From Candidatus Sumerlaeia bacterium (GTDB taxonomy: Bacteria; Sumerlaeota; Sumerlaeia; JADFCW01), in NCBI GenBank assembly GCA_026415575.1, contig JAOAGV010000006.1, forward strand, positions 4,028 to 68,027: a stretch of DNA of 64,000 nt, given 5' to 3'. The notes under the pieces were generated by a model. That model had not been told where the DNA came from. It did not search any database and worked only from the letters and a program-made list of their open reading frames with translations. The translations under genes were made by a program, and so were the position numbers. Within the stretch, counting starts at the first letter, position 1; each line of letters opens with the position of its first letter. This document shows positions 20,574-30,065 of the stretch, one piece after another.

Positions 20574-23402
20574 CTACGTCCTCTTCTCTATCACTGCTTT
20601 GACCGTCATGATCTTCTTCGCGCCGATTTTCAAGGGCACTTCTTGCTGGCGCATCACTTTCAGAGCCTCTTCGATGGTCTCGTCCAAACGCACGCGATGC
20701 GCTGACTTCACCGGCCGGTCAAACACCAACCGTCCCTCGCGGCTTTGCTCCGTGCCATTCCAAAGGCGGATGATAACGCCCTCGCCGTCCTGCGAGCGTT
20801 CGATCGTCGAGAGCGCGATGTTCGGATCGCCTTCGAGGCGGAGAAATTCTTTCGCCGGCGGCAGGTCGCCCGCATGGGGCGCAACACACAGCGACGAGGT
20901 TCCGACGGCGAACTCGTGGGCGAGCATCTGCACGCCGGCCTCGTCCCAACGGCCCGCGTGCGGAAAGACGGCAAATTCAAACTCCATTTCGCGCAAACAT
21001 TGTCCTTCGGGCGTCGCCAACTCCGGCCCGGCCGACCCTTTGCGCGCGGGATTATCCACGCGGCTGAGATGGCCGAAACTGCGGAACAGCGTGAGGTAGA
21101 TGCGCGGCTCCGGCTCGCGCACCACCTCGACTTCGGGCAGGCCCTTGTTGAAGATCGCGATGCCCCATGTCCCGTCGCTCACGTCCACAAACGAGTGCTG
21201 TGGAAGGGTCGCCGGTTGGTTTTCGATCCAGTGTTCGGGGTCCGGATGCCGCGGCGCAATGGGCCATTGCACAACATCGAAGGGGCCTTCGGCGAAAGCT
21301 GCAAGTTGGGTCTGGCTGCCCAATTCAAACCAAGGATTGAAACGAACACGGAAGCGGTGATCGCGGGCCGTGTTTTTCAGCCGCGTGCGAAAAACCACAT
21401 ACCGCGCTTGGGCGCCGAGGGTCACGCGGGTGACGATTTCTATCGGCACCCTCTTTTCGCTGCGGCGCTGAGCGGCAGCATCAAAGAATTCGGGCACGTC
21501 GAGCCGTTGCGTGATCTCGAAGGCCGCCGCGCCGGGAAAGTCCTCGACAATTTCGACATGGGTTGGACAACCCAGACCGACCACGATGCGGTCGTGCATC
21601 GGCTTGGCATAGTTGTAGGAATCGCCGCAGTCGCCGCCGTCTTCGTAATGCACGTCAATCCAGCGGGGCAGGCGTTCGGCGTCTTCCTTCGTCCGGCCCT
21701 GTTCGGCAATGCCGATGGTTCCATCGCCACCTACGGTCACTTTCAGGAATTCGTTCGCCATCGTGTCGTCATCATAAAAAAGCGGGCCGCTGCGATGGGT
21801 CGGCCGGTTGACGAAACGGAAGCGATAGGCGCGATAGCCGAGTGGCGGCAGGTCGTCGGCCCAGAATTTGGCGTCGGCGATGAGGCGATGATGATTGACC
21901 TGTCCCAGTTCATCGGGCGCATGGGGCTCGTTGGTCGTCTCGGTGCGGATGTTGGAGACACTGGCGGCAATCTCGCGGCCCTCGTGATCGAACAGTTGCA
22001 CGCCGCGAATCTTCCGCGCCGCATCGGCCGCGCCGGCCATGGGCAAAAACCCCTTGGCGTCCATCTGCAGTTGCGCCTCGACCAGTTGCGAGCTTGGCTG
22101 CAGCGATGGATTGAAAACGATCAGCACCCCCTCGTCAGGTTTTGCAAAGGTGCAGTCCATTCGGCTCGCCAGCGCCGTTTGCGCCCGCCGCAGCAATTGT
22201 TCGCCGATTTGCCCGCAGCGCGCAAAGCGGTTTTCGTTGTCGCGATGAACGGCGTCCACGCTGCAACCGCAGATGCTGTCGTGCGGCTGGTTTTGCAGGA
22301 GCAGCTCCCACGCGCGGTCGAGAAACGCCTGTTCATAGCGCCCGCCTTCGAGCCATTTCAGCGTCTCGAACGGCGCAGCCCAGCGCTCCAGCAAGGTCTG
22401 GCAACGGGCATTGGCCTGCTTGAGATAGATGCGCGACGACAGGACGCCGTCGAGAATATAGGCGCCGGAGGCCGGATCGCGCGCGGTGTCGCGCATGGGG
22501 GTTCGCGCCACGGGCCAGTCGCCGCGTTCGGCTTTGAGCGCCTCGAAAAACTCCTCGAACGAGGCGTGATGAAACGTCCAGCCTTCGCATTCCTCCTGCG
22601 CGCGGCGCAACACCTCGGGCAAATCCTTATGAATTCGCATGTGATCGAACCCGTTCATCATCAGATGAACTTTCGACCCGTCGGTCAGCACCTGCCGTTC
22701 GGCGAGGGCCTTGAGGGTCAGAAACTTCGCGCGGACCGACCAGCGAATCGCGCTTTTCCCGTCTGACTTGTCCGGCCGGTCCGACACGTCCGACTCGTCC
22801 GACCCCATCCGCCGCACTTCCGGCGGCGCCTGATGCGGCATAAAGGCCAGATTGCAATAGCCGTCATGGAGATGATAGGCGAGCACACGCGAGCCGTCGG
22901 GGCCCTCGACCCACAGTTCCGGCAGGTCGTGTTCGGGCGAAAAGCCGCGCCAGAAAATGTACGTGTCTATTCCGAAGCCAAGAAGAATCTGCGGAATTTG
23001 CGAGGCCTGTCCGAAGCAGTCGGGCAGATAGCCGACCTTGGCGACACGGCCCAGTTCGCCGGCAATGCGATGGCCCAGCCGTAAGTTGCGAACCAACGAC
23101 TCGCCGCTGACCAGAAATTCATCGGGCAGAATATACCATGGCCCGACCCGAATCCGCCCCGCCGCCACCGCCTTCCGAAAGTCATCCAACCGCGCCGGAC
23201 GAATCTCCAGATAGTCTCGCACGACCACGGTCTGCCCGTCGAAATTGAAACAACGATACTCCGGTTCGTCTTCGAGATAGTCGAGCAATTCGTCGGTCAG
23301 TTCGACCAGCCGCATCCGGAAATCCTCAAACGAGCCGTACCACTCGCGGTCCCAGTGTGTGTGCGAGCAAACGTAGAAGTGGTGGTTCTTGACTTTGCCC
23401 AT
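20574..23402 (-). CDS. Glycoside hydrolase family 38 alpha-mannosidase.
   Basis: GH38 N-terminal catalytic signature HFYVCSHTHWDREWYGSFEDFR...GPWYILPDEFLVSGESLVRNL; about 940 aa. Start set at MGKVKNHHFYVC. Confidence 0.85.
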   Translation of the reverse strand: MGKVKNHHFYVCSHTHWDREWYGSFEDFRMRLVELTDELLDYLEDEPEYRCFNFDGQTVVVRDYLEIRPARLDDFRKAVAAGRIRVGPWYILPDEFLVSGESLVRNLRLGHRIAGELGRVAKVGYLPDCFGQASQIPQILLGFGIDTYIFWRGFSPEHDLPELWVEGPDGSRVLAYHLHDGYCNLAFMPHQAPPEVRRMGSDESDVSDRPDKSDGKSAIRWSVRAKFLTLKALAERQVLTDGSKVHLMMNGFDHMRIHKDLPEVLRRAQEECEGWTFHHASFEEFFEALKAERGDWPVARTPMRDTARDPASGAYILDGVLSSRIYLKQANARCQTLLERWAAPFETLKWLEGGRYEQAFLDRAWELLLQNQPHDSICGCSVDAVHRDNENRFARCGQIGEQLLRRAQTALASRMDCTFAKPDEGVLIVFNPSLQPSSQLVEAQLQMDAKGFLPMAGAADAARKIRGVQLFDHEGREIAASVSNIRTETTNEPHAPDELGQVNHHRLIADAKFWADDLPPLGYRAYRFRFVNRPTHRSGPLFYDDDTMANEFLKVTVGGDGTIGIAEQGRTKEDAERLPRWIDVHYEDGGDCGDSYNYAKPMHDRIVVGLGCPTHVEIVEDFPGAAAFEITQRLDVPEFFDAAAQRRSEKRVPIEIVTRVTLGAQARYVVFRTRLKNTARDHRFRVRFNPWFELGSQTQLAAFAEGPFDVVQWPIAPRHPDPEHWIENQPATLPQHSFVDVSDGTWGIAIFNKGLPEVEVVREPEPRIYLTLFRSFGHLSRVDNPARKGSAGPELATPEGQCLREMEFEFAVFPHAGRWDEAGVQMLAHEFAVGTSSLCVAPHAGDLPPAKEFLRLEGDPNIALSTIERSQDGEGVIIRLWNGTEQSREGRLVFDRPVKSAHRVRLDETIEEALKVMRQQEVPLKIGAKKIMTVKAVIEKRT

Positions 23403-23568
23403 AGGTCTTTCCCGTCCAAAGCCTGATCGCTTGTCTTTACGCTTTGGTTTCAGAGTAGCATGTATTGTCTGAAGCATAAAATGGATGACGACCCAACCGC
23501 TTCCGCTGGGTGGCAGGTGTCAACGCATCCATGCTTCCATTGGAAAGCAGCCTGCGCCCGCGTGCGGA

Positions 23569-24525
23569 TTATTTCTTCCCCAGCGCTTTTTCCAATTCCT
23601 CTTCCAAGCGCTTTCCTCGGACATTGTTTGCAAGGATCTTTCCGTCCGGCCCGACAAGATACGTCGCCGGAATGGCGTGGATGCCGTATCGCGTGCCGAC
23701 TTTGCTCTTCCAGCCCAGCCCGTCGAAATATTGCCGCCACGTCATGCCTTTTTCCTTCATGGCGGCCAGCATTTTGTCTTTGGAATCGTCCAGCGAGATG
23801 CCGATGATTTCGAATCCTTTCGGATGGTATTTCTCGTAGGCTTTCACAACATTGGGCGCCTCGGCCATGCAAGGCCCGCACCACGCCGCCCAGAAATCCA
23901 CCAGCACCACCTTGTCCTTGTAGTCGGCGATCCGGATAGGCTTGCCGTCGAGGTCATTGGTTCCTTCGGCAAATTCGGGGAACGGCAGGCCTTGCGGGGC
24001 AATTTGGAACCGCAGCGTCTCCACCTCTTTTTCCAGTTCCGGTTTGCCTTTTGCATCTTCCAGCAACGCGTCAACCAATTCCTTGGCTTCCTTGTCCATG
24101 TCGCTCTGTGCGCACAGCTTGGCGGCGTGCATCTTGAGCGCGATGGCATTGTCCGGATTTTTTTCCGCGGCGATGACCGCTTTCACTTTCTTCCCGTCTT
24201 CGAGGAGTTGAACGGCGATCATGATCACTTCTTTTTTCACGTCCATGGCGTGGGGGGCGCCTTCGGGACTGGCGCCGAATTTTTCATACCGCTCGATCAT
24301 TTTTGCGCCATAGTCCCTGAACTTTTTCATGAGTTCCTCTTCTGACGTCTGGCCCTTAAGCAGTTCGGAGCGGAACTGAACAAACTGTTTCATTTCGCCG
24401 GCGCGAAAACTCTGAAACGCATTTGTGCCGGCCTTTTTCGCTTCCGATGCGGCCCCAACAGCAACTGCCGAGACCAGCAAAACCCCCGCCGATACCAGCG
24501 CGGCTACTGCGTGTGTCCGTTTCAT
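23569..24525 (-). CDS. TlpA/ResA-like thiol-disulfide oxidoreductase (thioredoxin fold) with an N-terminal helical domain of about 150 aa and a signal peptide.
   Basis: Thioredoxin active site WAAWCGPCMAEAP. The TlpA-like C-terminal YGIHAIPATYLVGPDGKI is present. Signal or anchor MKRTHAVAALVSAGVLLVSAVAVGAAS. Confidence 0.75.
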   Translation of the reverse strand: MKRTHAVAALVSAGVLLVSAVAVGAASEAKKAGTNAFQSFRAGEMKQFVQFRSELLKGQTSEEELMKKFRDYGAKMIERYEKFGASPEGAPHAMDVKKEVIMIAVQLLEDGKKVKAVIAAEKNPDNAIALKMHAAKLCAQSDMDKEAKELVDALLEDAKGKPELEKEVETLRFQIAPQGLPFPEFAEGTNDLDGKPIRIADYKDKVVLVDFWAAWCGPCMAEAPNVVKAYEKYHPKGFEIIGISLDDSKDKMLAAMKEKGMTWRQYFDGLGWKSKVGTRYGIHAIPATYLVGPDGKILANNVRGKRLEEELEKALGKK

Positions 24526-24600
24526 CTTTCGACCTCCCTACGATATTTGCACAGGCGAAAATGCCCGGCACACTCCCGACCACCCACCCTCGTCTTACAT

Positions 24601-26109
24601 TCACCGCTGCGGCAGCGCGCCTTTCCAGCCGGCATTGAGCATCGCCGACAATTGCCTGACCAAGTCGGCGTTTGCCTTGCCGGCCGCGAGGTTCACCGTC
24701 TCGAGCGGGTCTTTCTCCATGTCATACAGTTCGTAGAATTTCTCGCCGCCGCCCTTACGCGGACGCCATTCGGTAAAGCGGTAGCGTTCCGTCCGCATGG
24801 AGTAGCCCATGTAGCCGGCCTGGCCTTTGCCGCCGCCGCGCGGATACTGGCTGAACGCCGCCTTTTTCCACGGTTGCTTCGGGTCCTCGATCAGCGGCTT
24901 GAAACTCAGGCCTTCTAGATTCTCGGTCAGCGGCACACCGCACAGTTCCATTAGCGTCGGCGCGATGTCCACAAATTCGACCAAACGGTCGCAGCGACTG
25001 CCGGCCGTTTTTTGCCCGGGCACGCTGATCAGCAGGGGTGCGCGCGCGGCCTGCTCGAAGTTCGTGTGCTTGCACCACATTCCATGATCTCCCAGGTGCC
25101 AGCCGTGATCCCCCCAGAGGACGATGATCGTGTTGTCGGCCAGACCGAGTTTTTCCAGTTCGTCAAGAACCCGCCCGACCTGCGCGTCGGTGTAACTGGT
25201 GGCGGCGTAATAGCCATGGAGCATCGAGCGTTCCTGTTCGGGCGACAGCGGTCCTTGGTTGGGAATCCCGTAGTAAGCCCGAAGTTCGCCCCACGACGTC
25301 ATGGCCAGAGGCGGGCAGTCTTTCGGCGCTTCGCGGTATTCGGCAAACTTGAACACGTTGGGGGCATAGAGGTCCCAATATTTTTTCGGGGCCACAAACG
25401 GCAGATGGGGGTTCAGAAAGCCCACGGCGAAGAAGAACGGCTTGTCTTTGATTTCGCGCAGCACCTCGATGGCGCGGTCGGCTGTTGCCCCGTCGGCAAA
25501 GTAGTTGTCCGGCACATCGGCGTCTTCCCACGCCGGCCCGCGCGGCTGGTTCTGGCGCTGCTTCGGGTCCTTGCCCGCTTGTTTAACTTCCGCATACAAG
25601 CGTTTCATCAATTCCAAATTTTCCGGTTTGCCATAGCCCGGCGTTCGCGGTGCCCAATGCGGCACCGACCACGACCGCGCGTCGTCGAGACCGCCGTGAT
25701 AAATCTTGCTCAGACCTTGTGCGTGATAGCCGTGTTTCTTGAACTGCTCGGGCAGGGTAACAACGTTGGGGATCGTGTCGCGGAAATGCGTCTCCAGATC
25801 ATATATCTTGGTGGTGTCGGGCCGAAGACCCGTCAGGAGCGATGTGCGCGAGGGGCTACAAACGGCCTGCTGGCAATAGCAGCGCGTGAAAATCGTACCC
25901 TTTGCCGCAATGCGATCCAAATTGGGCGTCTTGGCAATGGGATCGCCGAAACAGCCGATGTTGGGTTTGAGATCGTCCACGGCAAAAAAGAGCACGTTCA
26001 TTTTTTTGCCGCCGGAAGCCGCCGCTCCCGACAGTGCCGCAGGCATTGCCGTCATCGCCGCTCCCGACAGAGCCATTTCCAGAAAATGCCGCCGAGTCCA
26101 TTGGGCCAT
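24601..26109 (-). CDS. Tat-signal sulfatase (formylglycine-dependent, iduronate-2-sulfatase-like).
   Basis: Sulfatase signature C-S-P-S-R in QQAVCSPSRTSLLTGLRPDTT. N-terminal metal-binding NVLFFAVDDL. Tat-like N-terminus RRHFLEMALSGAAMTA. RBS AGGAGG before the ATG. Confidence 0.9.
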   Translation of the reverse strand: MAQWTRRHFLEMALSGAAMTAMPAALSGAAASGGKKMNVLFFAVDDLKPNIGCFGDPIAKTPNLDRIAAKGTIFTRCYCQQAVCSPSRTSLLTGLRPDTTKIYDLETHFRDTIPNVVTLPEQFKKHGYHAQGLSKIYHGGLDDARSWSVPHWAPRTPGYGKPENLELMKRLYAEVKQAGKDPKQRQNQPRGPAWEDADVPDNYFADGATADRAIEVLREIKDKPFFFAVGFLNPHLPFVAPKKYWDLYAPNVFKFAEYREAPKDCPPLAMTSWGELRAYYGIPNQGPLSPEQERSMLHGYYAATSYTDAQVGRVLDELEKLGLADNTIIVLWGDHGWHLGDHGMWCKHTNFEQAARAPLLISVPGQKTAGSRCDRLVEFVDIAPTLMELCGVPLTENLEGLSFKPLIEDPKQPWKKAAFSQYPRGGGKGQAGYMGYSMRTERYRFTEWRPRKGGGEKFYELYDMEKDPLETVNLAAGKANADLVRQLSAMLNAGWKGALPQR

Positions 26110-26276
26110 GGGTATCCTCCTACTTTATCGGGGATGGCGCATTGTCCCGCACCCGCCCGATTTACGGGAATCCTTACACTTCCGGCTCACACTTGCCGCC
26201 CGCGCAAAGGGTTTGCTACGGAAACCTCTCGGCATTGTCAAGCGGCATGGCGTCGCGGTTTATTATGAACGTTCCT

Positions 26277-28046
26277 TCAACCGGCCTGTTTCTTCTTTTT
26301 TGCCGCGGTCTTCTTGCCGGCCTCTTTCCCGCCCGCCGACGCTGCCGGCTGGCCGTATTCGGGTTTCCATGGCCATGGAAGCGCTTTGGTGCGCCGCGCG
26401 TAGGCTTCCCACTGCGCGACCATCGCCTTCAGGCGTTCAGGTTCCTTCGCCGCGAGATCGTGCATTTCCGTCCGGTCGTTTTCCACGTCGTACAGCTCCC
26501 ACGCGCCGCCGGGGTTTTTGGCCACCAGCTTCCACCGGCCCATTCGAATGGCACGATTGCCCTCGTGCTCCCAAAAGATTGCCTCGCGTTCGACAGGCTT
26601 GCCGTTGAAGGCGGGAACGAGGCTGCGACCTTCGAGCGGGGTAATCTTGTTGCCCGCAAATTCATCCGGATACTTTACGCCCGCAGCATCAAGGCACGTC
26701 GCCATCAGATCAATAACATGGCTGGGTTGATGTTCGAGTTCGCCCTTGCGACGGATGCCCGCCGGCCAGTGGGCAACCAGCGGCGTGGCAATGCCGCCCT
26801 CGTGGACAAAGTGCTTGTATTCGCGGAACGGCGTGTTGGACACGTTGGCCCAGCCCTGCCCGTAGGCGATATACGTGTCCGGCGGGCCGGGCATAACGCC
26901 CTGACCTTGAATGACGGGAAAGCCCTCGCGGGTTTGCTTGGGAATGACGTCAACGCGGATGGCATCGAGCGGAATCGGCGGCAGGGTTGGTTGGGCCGGC
27001 CGGGTCATATCGCCGCTGCGGCCGGTGTTTTCGGCACAGCCGCCGTTGTCTTCGAGAAAGAGAATCAGCGTATTGTCCATCTGATTCAGCCGCTTGAGTT
27101 CGGCAACCATGCGGCCGATACCCTGATCCATGCGGTCTATCATGGCGGCATAGACTTCCATACAGCGGGCTTCCCACGGCTTGTTCTGGACTGCATCCCA
27201 GTCGCCTGCCTGCGGCGACAGTTCCCATTTGGGGTCAATCAGGCCCATCTGCTTGAGGCGCTCGAACCGTGCGCGGCGAACAGGCTCGTAGCCGCCATCG
27301 TATTTGCCCTTGTATTTGGCGATGTCCTCTTCGAGCGCGTGCATGGGCCAGTGGGCGGCGGTGTAGGCCACATACATGAAGAACGGTTTCTCGGGCGTGC
27401 GCTCGCGATGCTCGCGGATGAAGCGCACCGCGTGATCGCTAATTGCATCGGTGTAATAGAAGGTCTTGGGCTTATACTCCGGATCGGCAAAGGGCGAGAT
27501 CATCGTGTTGTCGCGCGTCAACGTGCCCGGGTCATAGAAGCTGCCGGCGCCGGTAATGGTGCCGTAGTAGCGATCGAAGCCGCGTTGCAGCGGCCAATTG
27601 TGCTTGGGACCGTCGGGACCGGCAAAGCGCGTAACATGCCATTTGCCGACCGCATAGGTGCCATAACCGGCCGACTTGAGCACCTCGGCGATGGTAACCG
27701 CGTTGCGGCTGAGGTCGCCCTGATAGCCGTCGAGGTTCCGGTCTTCCATCATGTGGCCGACAGCGGCCTGATGGGGATAAAGGCCCGTCAGCAACGATGC
27801 CCGGGTGGGGCAACATCGGGCGGTGTTGTAAAACTGCGTAAAGCGGACACCGTTGGCGGCAAGGCTGTCGAGAACGGGCGTTTGGATTTCGGAGCCGTAG
27901 CAGCCGATGTCCGAAAAGCCCATGTCGTCGGACATGATGATAATGATGTTGGGTTTCTGCGCAGGGGCGGCACCAAGAGAGGCGGGAAAGCTCCATGCCG
28001 CGCCGGCGGCCACGCCGGCGGTTTTCAGAAAGCTTCGTCGTTCCAT
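26277..28046 (-). CDS. Tat-signal arylsulfatase (formylglycine-dependent, arylsulfatase A-like).
   Basis: Signature C-C-P-T-R in TARCCPTRASLLTGLYPHQ. NIIIIMSDDMGFSD present. Tat signal MERRSFLKTAGVAAGAAWS. RBS GGAGGA before the ATG. Confidence 0.9.
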   Translation of the reverse strand: MERRSFLKTAGVAAGAAWSFPASLGAAPAQKPNIIIIMSDDMGFSDIGCYGSEIQTPVLDSLAANGVRFTQFYNTARCCPTRASLLTGLYPHQAAVGHMMEDRNLDGYQGDLSRNAVTIAEVLKSAGYGTYAVGKWHVTRFAGPDGPKHNWPLQRGFDRYYGTITGAGSFYDPGTLTRDNTMISPFADPEYKPKTFYYTDAISDHAVRFIREHRERTPEKPFFMYVAYTAAHWPMHALEEDIAKYKGKYDGGYEPVRRARFERLKQMGLIDPKWELSPQAGDWDAVQNKPWEARCMEVYAAMIDRMDQGIGRMVAELKRLNQMDNTLILFLEDNGGCAENTGRSGDMTRPAQPTLPPIPLDAIRVDVIPKQTREGFPVIQGQGVMPGPPDTYIAYGQGWANVSNTPFREYKHFVHEGGIATPLVAHWPAGIRRKGELEHQPSHVIDLMATCLDAAGVKYPDEFAGNKITPLEGRSLVPAFNGKPVEREAIFWEHEGNRAIRMGRWKLVAKNPGGAWELYDVENDRTEMHDLAAKEPERLKAMVAQWEAYARRTKALPWPWKPEYGQPAASAGGKEAGKKTAAKKKKQAG

Positions 28047-28092
28047 TGTTCATCCTCCAATAATGATGGGCAGTTGCTGGTTCTGGTGTGGA

Positions 28093-29541
28093 TCAATCCG
28101 GTTTAGGCGGCAACTTGCGCCGCAGAGGTTTGTCGGGGATTTTGGACGCTTTGCCCGCCCCACCCGGCGGCAGTGCAGGAGGTTCATACGAAATCAGTAC
28201 CTTGTCGAGGTTCTTTGACCACATGCCGGCGTGCGTTCGATCGGCCAGCTCGCAGACGGCGGCTTGAACACATAAGTCGGCCGGAAGGCTTGCCGGCTCG
28301 CAGCCGTCGCGAATGGTGCGGCGGTCCCATGCTTTGCCCGCGTCATTGTCGGCAGGAGTTCCGACAGCACGTTCGCGCAGGACAGGCGGCGCCGATTTCA
28401 GAATCGCCTCGACATAAGCGCGATCGGGATTCAGACGCACAAACGCCGCGCCGGCTTTGCGAAAACCTTCGATCTGCGCCACAATGTGCGGATGATCCGG
28501 CGCCGCCTGCACATGGTCGCGCGCGTTCGCATATACAATCACTGCCGTTTTCGGACACTGGCGCACCGCTTCCGCGATGCTTTTCTCGGCGTCGCGCCAT
28601 GCCCAGAACTCTCCGGCCTCCTCCAGCGTCGGAATATGCGGCGGACGCGGCTCGCCAAACAGCGCCCGCCGTTCGGCCTCCCGCAACAGCCGCAGCGAAT
28701 ACCACGCGCGCGGTCCTTTTCCCAAATCGCAGACAAAAACGTTCGCCGGATAGTCGTCTTTGCCGGAGTACTTCCCGTCGCCGTTCAAATCGAAAAACAG
28801 CGCACCTTTCAGACCGGTCGCCCCGCCCATGCGGCGAAACAAAAACGGCTCGAGATCGGCCCCATAAGCCAGTTTGGACAAATCGAGCACCCCAGTCTCC
28901 GGATTATACGCCGGATTGAGCCCCGCCTCGAACCCGCCCAGCTCCACGTTCATCGCGCCGTCGCCATACGGCGATTCCATCGAGACATAGAAAGCAAGGT
29001 CGGGAAACTCCCCGCCATAGCGCGCCATCGCCACACCGCACGCATTGCCGCCGTGACTGAAACCAATCAGGCCGCAGTTCTGCGGGAGAATTTTGACCTT
29101 CGGCAACAAAGCCGCCAGAGTCCGGCTTTCGTGGTCGGCCAGCCGGCCGGTGGCAAATCGAATCACATCGGCCAGAGCGCGAATGCTGTCGGGGCCTCGA
29201 TAATCATAGGTGCCGCCGCTTTCAACCTCCGACCCGCCGCCGTTGGGAAAGCCGAAATACAGCTCGACAAAACCGAATCGCGCCAGCTGCGGTGGGCCGA
29301 CCGCCGCACCGGCGTTTTGCCCTCCCGCCACATGAATCACCACGGGCGCTCCCGCCTCATAGCGCGGCCGCAGCGGCGGAATCACGCGCACGGCAACCCC
29401 CTGCGCACCGCACGCTTTCGAAGGCACGCGCGTAAGAATGCCCACAGCCGGCGGACGTGGAATCTCAGATGCCGGAAGACAATTCAGAAACCCGCAAAGG
29501 CACAACACCATCGCGGCGTCAGTCATTGTCCGCCGGTTCAT
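28093..29541 (-). CDS. Secreted alpha/beta-hydrolase-fold protein (esterase/peptidase-like).
   Basis: Nucleophile-elbow-like G-x-S-x-G (LIGFSHGGNA). The signal-peptide-like start MNRRTMTDAAMVLCLCGFLNCLPA is used. The upstream ORF extension is W/C-rich and atypical, so it is treated as non-coding. Confidence 0.55.
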   Translation of the reverse strand: MNRRTMTDAAMVLCLCGFLNCLPASEIPRPPAVGILTRVPSKACGAQGVAVRVIPPLRPRYEAGAPVVIHVAGGQNAGAAVGPPQLARFGFVELYFGFPNGGGSEVESGGTYDYRGPDSIRALADVIRFATGRLADHESRTLAALLPKVKILPQNCGLIGFSHGGNACGVAMARYGGEFPDLAFYVSMESPYGDGAMNVELGGFEAGLNPAYNPETGVLDLSKLAYGADLEPFLFRRMGGATGLKGALFFDLNGDGKYSGKDDYPANVFVCDLGKGPRAWYSLRLLREAERRALFGEPRPPHIPTLEEAGEFWAWRDAEKSIAEAVRQCPKTAVIVYANARDHVQAAPDHPHIVAQIEGFRKAGAAFVRLNPDRAYVEAILKSAPPVLRERAVGTPADNDAGKAWDRRTIRDGCEPASLPADLCVQAAVCELADRTHAGMWSKNLDKVLISYEPPALPPGGAGKASKIPDKPLRRKLPPKPD

Positions 29542-30065
29542 CAGACACCTCGCTTCCATCGCCCGGCCGTTGTACTTTCCGCGAGGGAATGAGCAGTGTG
29601 GCAAGCCATTCGTATAAGGTGAGCGGAGAACACAACGCCGAAATAATAGCGCGTCGCTCCATGCCCACAAAAACCGGATCACAGCGTGGCCGATTTCATT
29701 CCAACTGAGTGGCATTGGCGAAAGCCCCTTCGCCCAGATCAATTGCAACCAGCAGCACGCTACGATGCCGATTGGCGCAATCAAGCAAATTTCGCCCCAC
29801 TTCGCGGCGGTACCGCACATAAAAAGCCGGACACCACGGCCTTCTTCGCAAAGCCAAAGACCCATTGTCCCTTTCGGGGCCTGAAGAATCCCCCGCAGTC
29901 CCAGCTATTTTACTCCCCCACCCGCTGCCATAAAAAGATCCGAAACGGCGGGGCAACATCCAAAGCCGTGTTCAACGTTCCGAATCCGCGGTCCAATGTT
30001 TTTTTCGACAGACTCCAAAGATGCCGCGTGCTGGATGCAGCGGGCCGGCAGGGCGCCCGTTCTGC

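Noticed and set aside
25012-28106. Long plus-strand ORFs (418 aa and 690 aa) overlapping the two sulfatase genes
   Set aside because: They are antisense shadow ORFs of high-GC coding sequence. The sulfatase frames carry unmistakable C-x-P-S-R signatures and RBSs, and the antisense translations are Arg/Gly-rich with no motifs.
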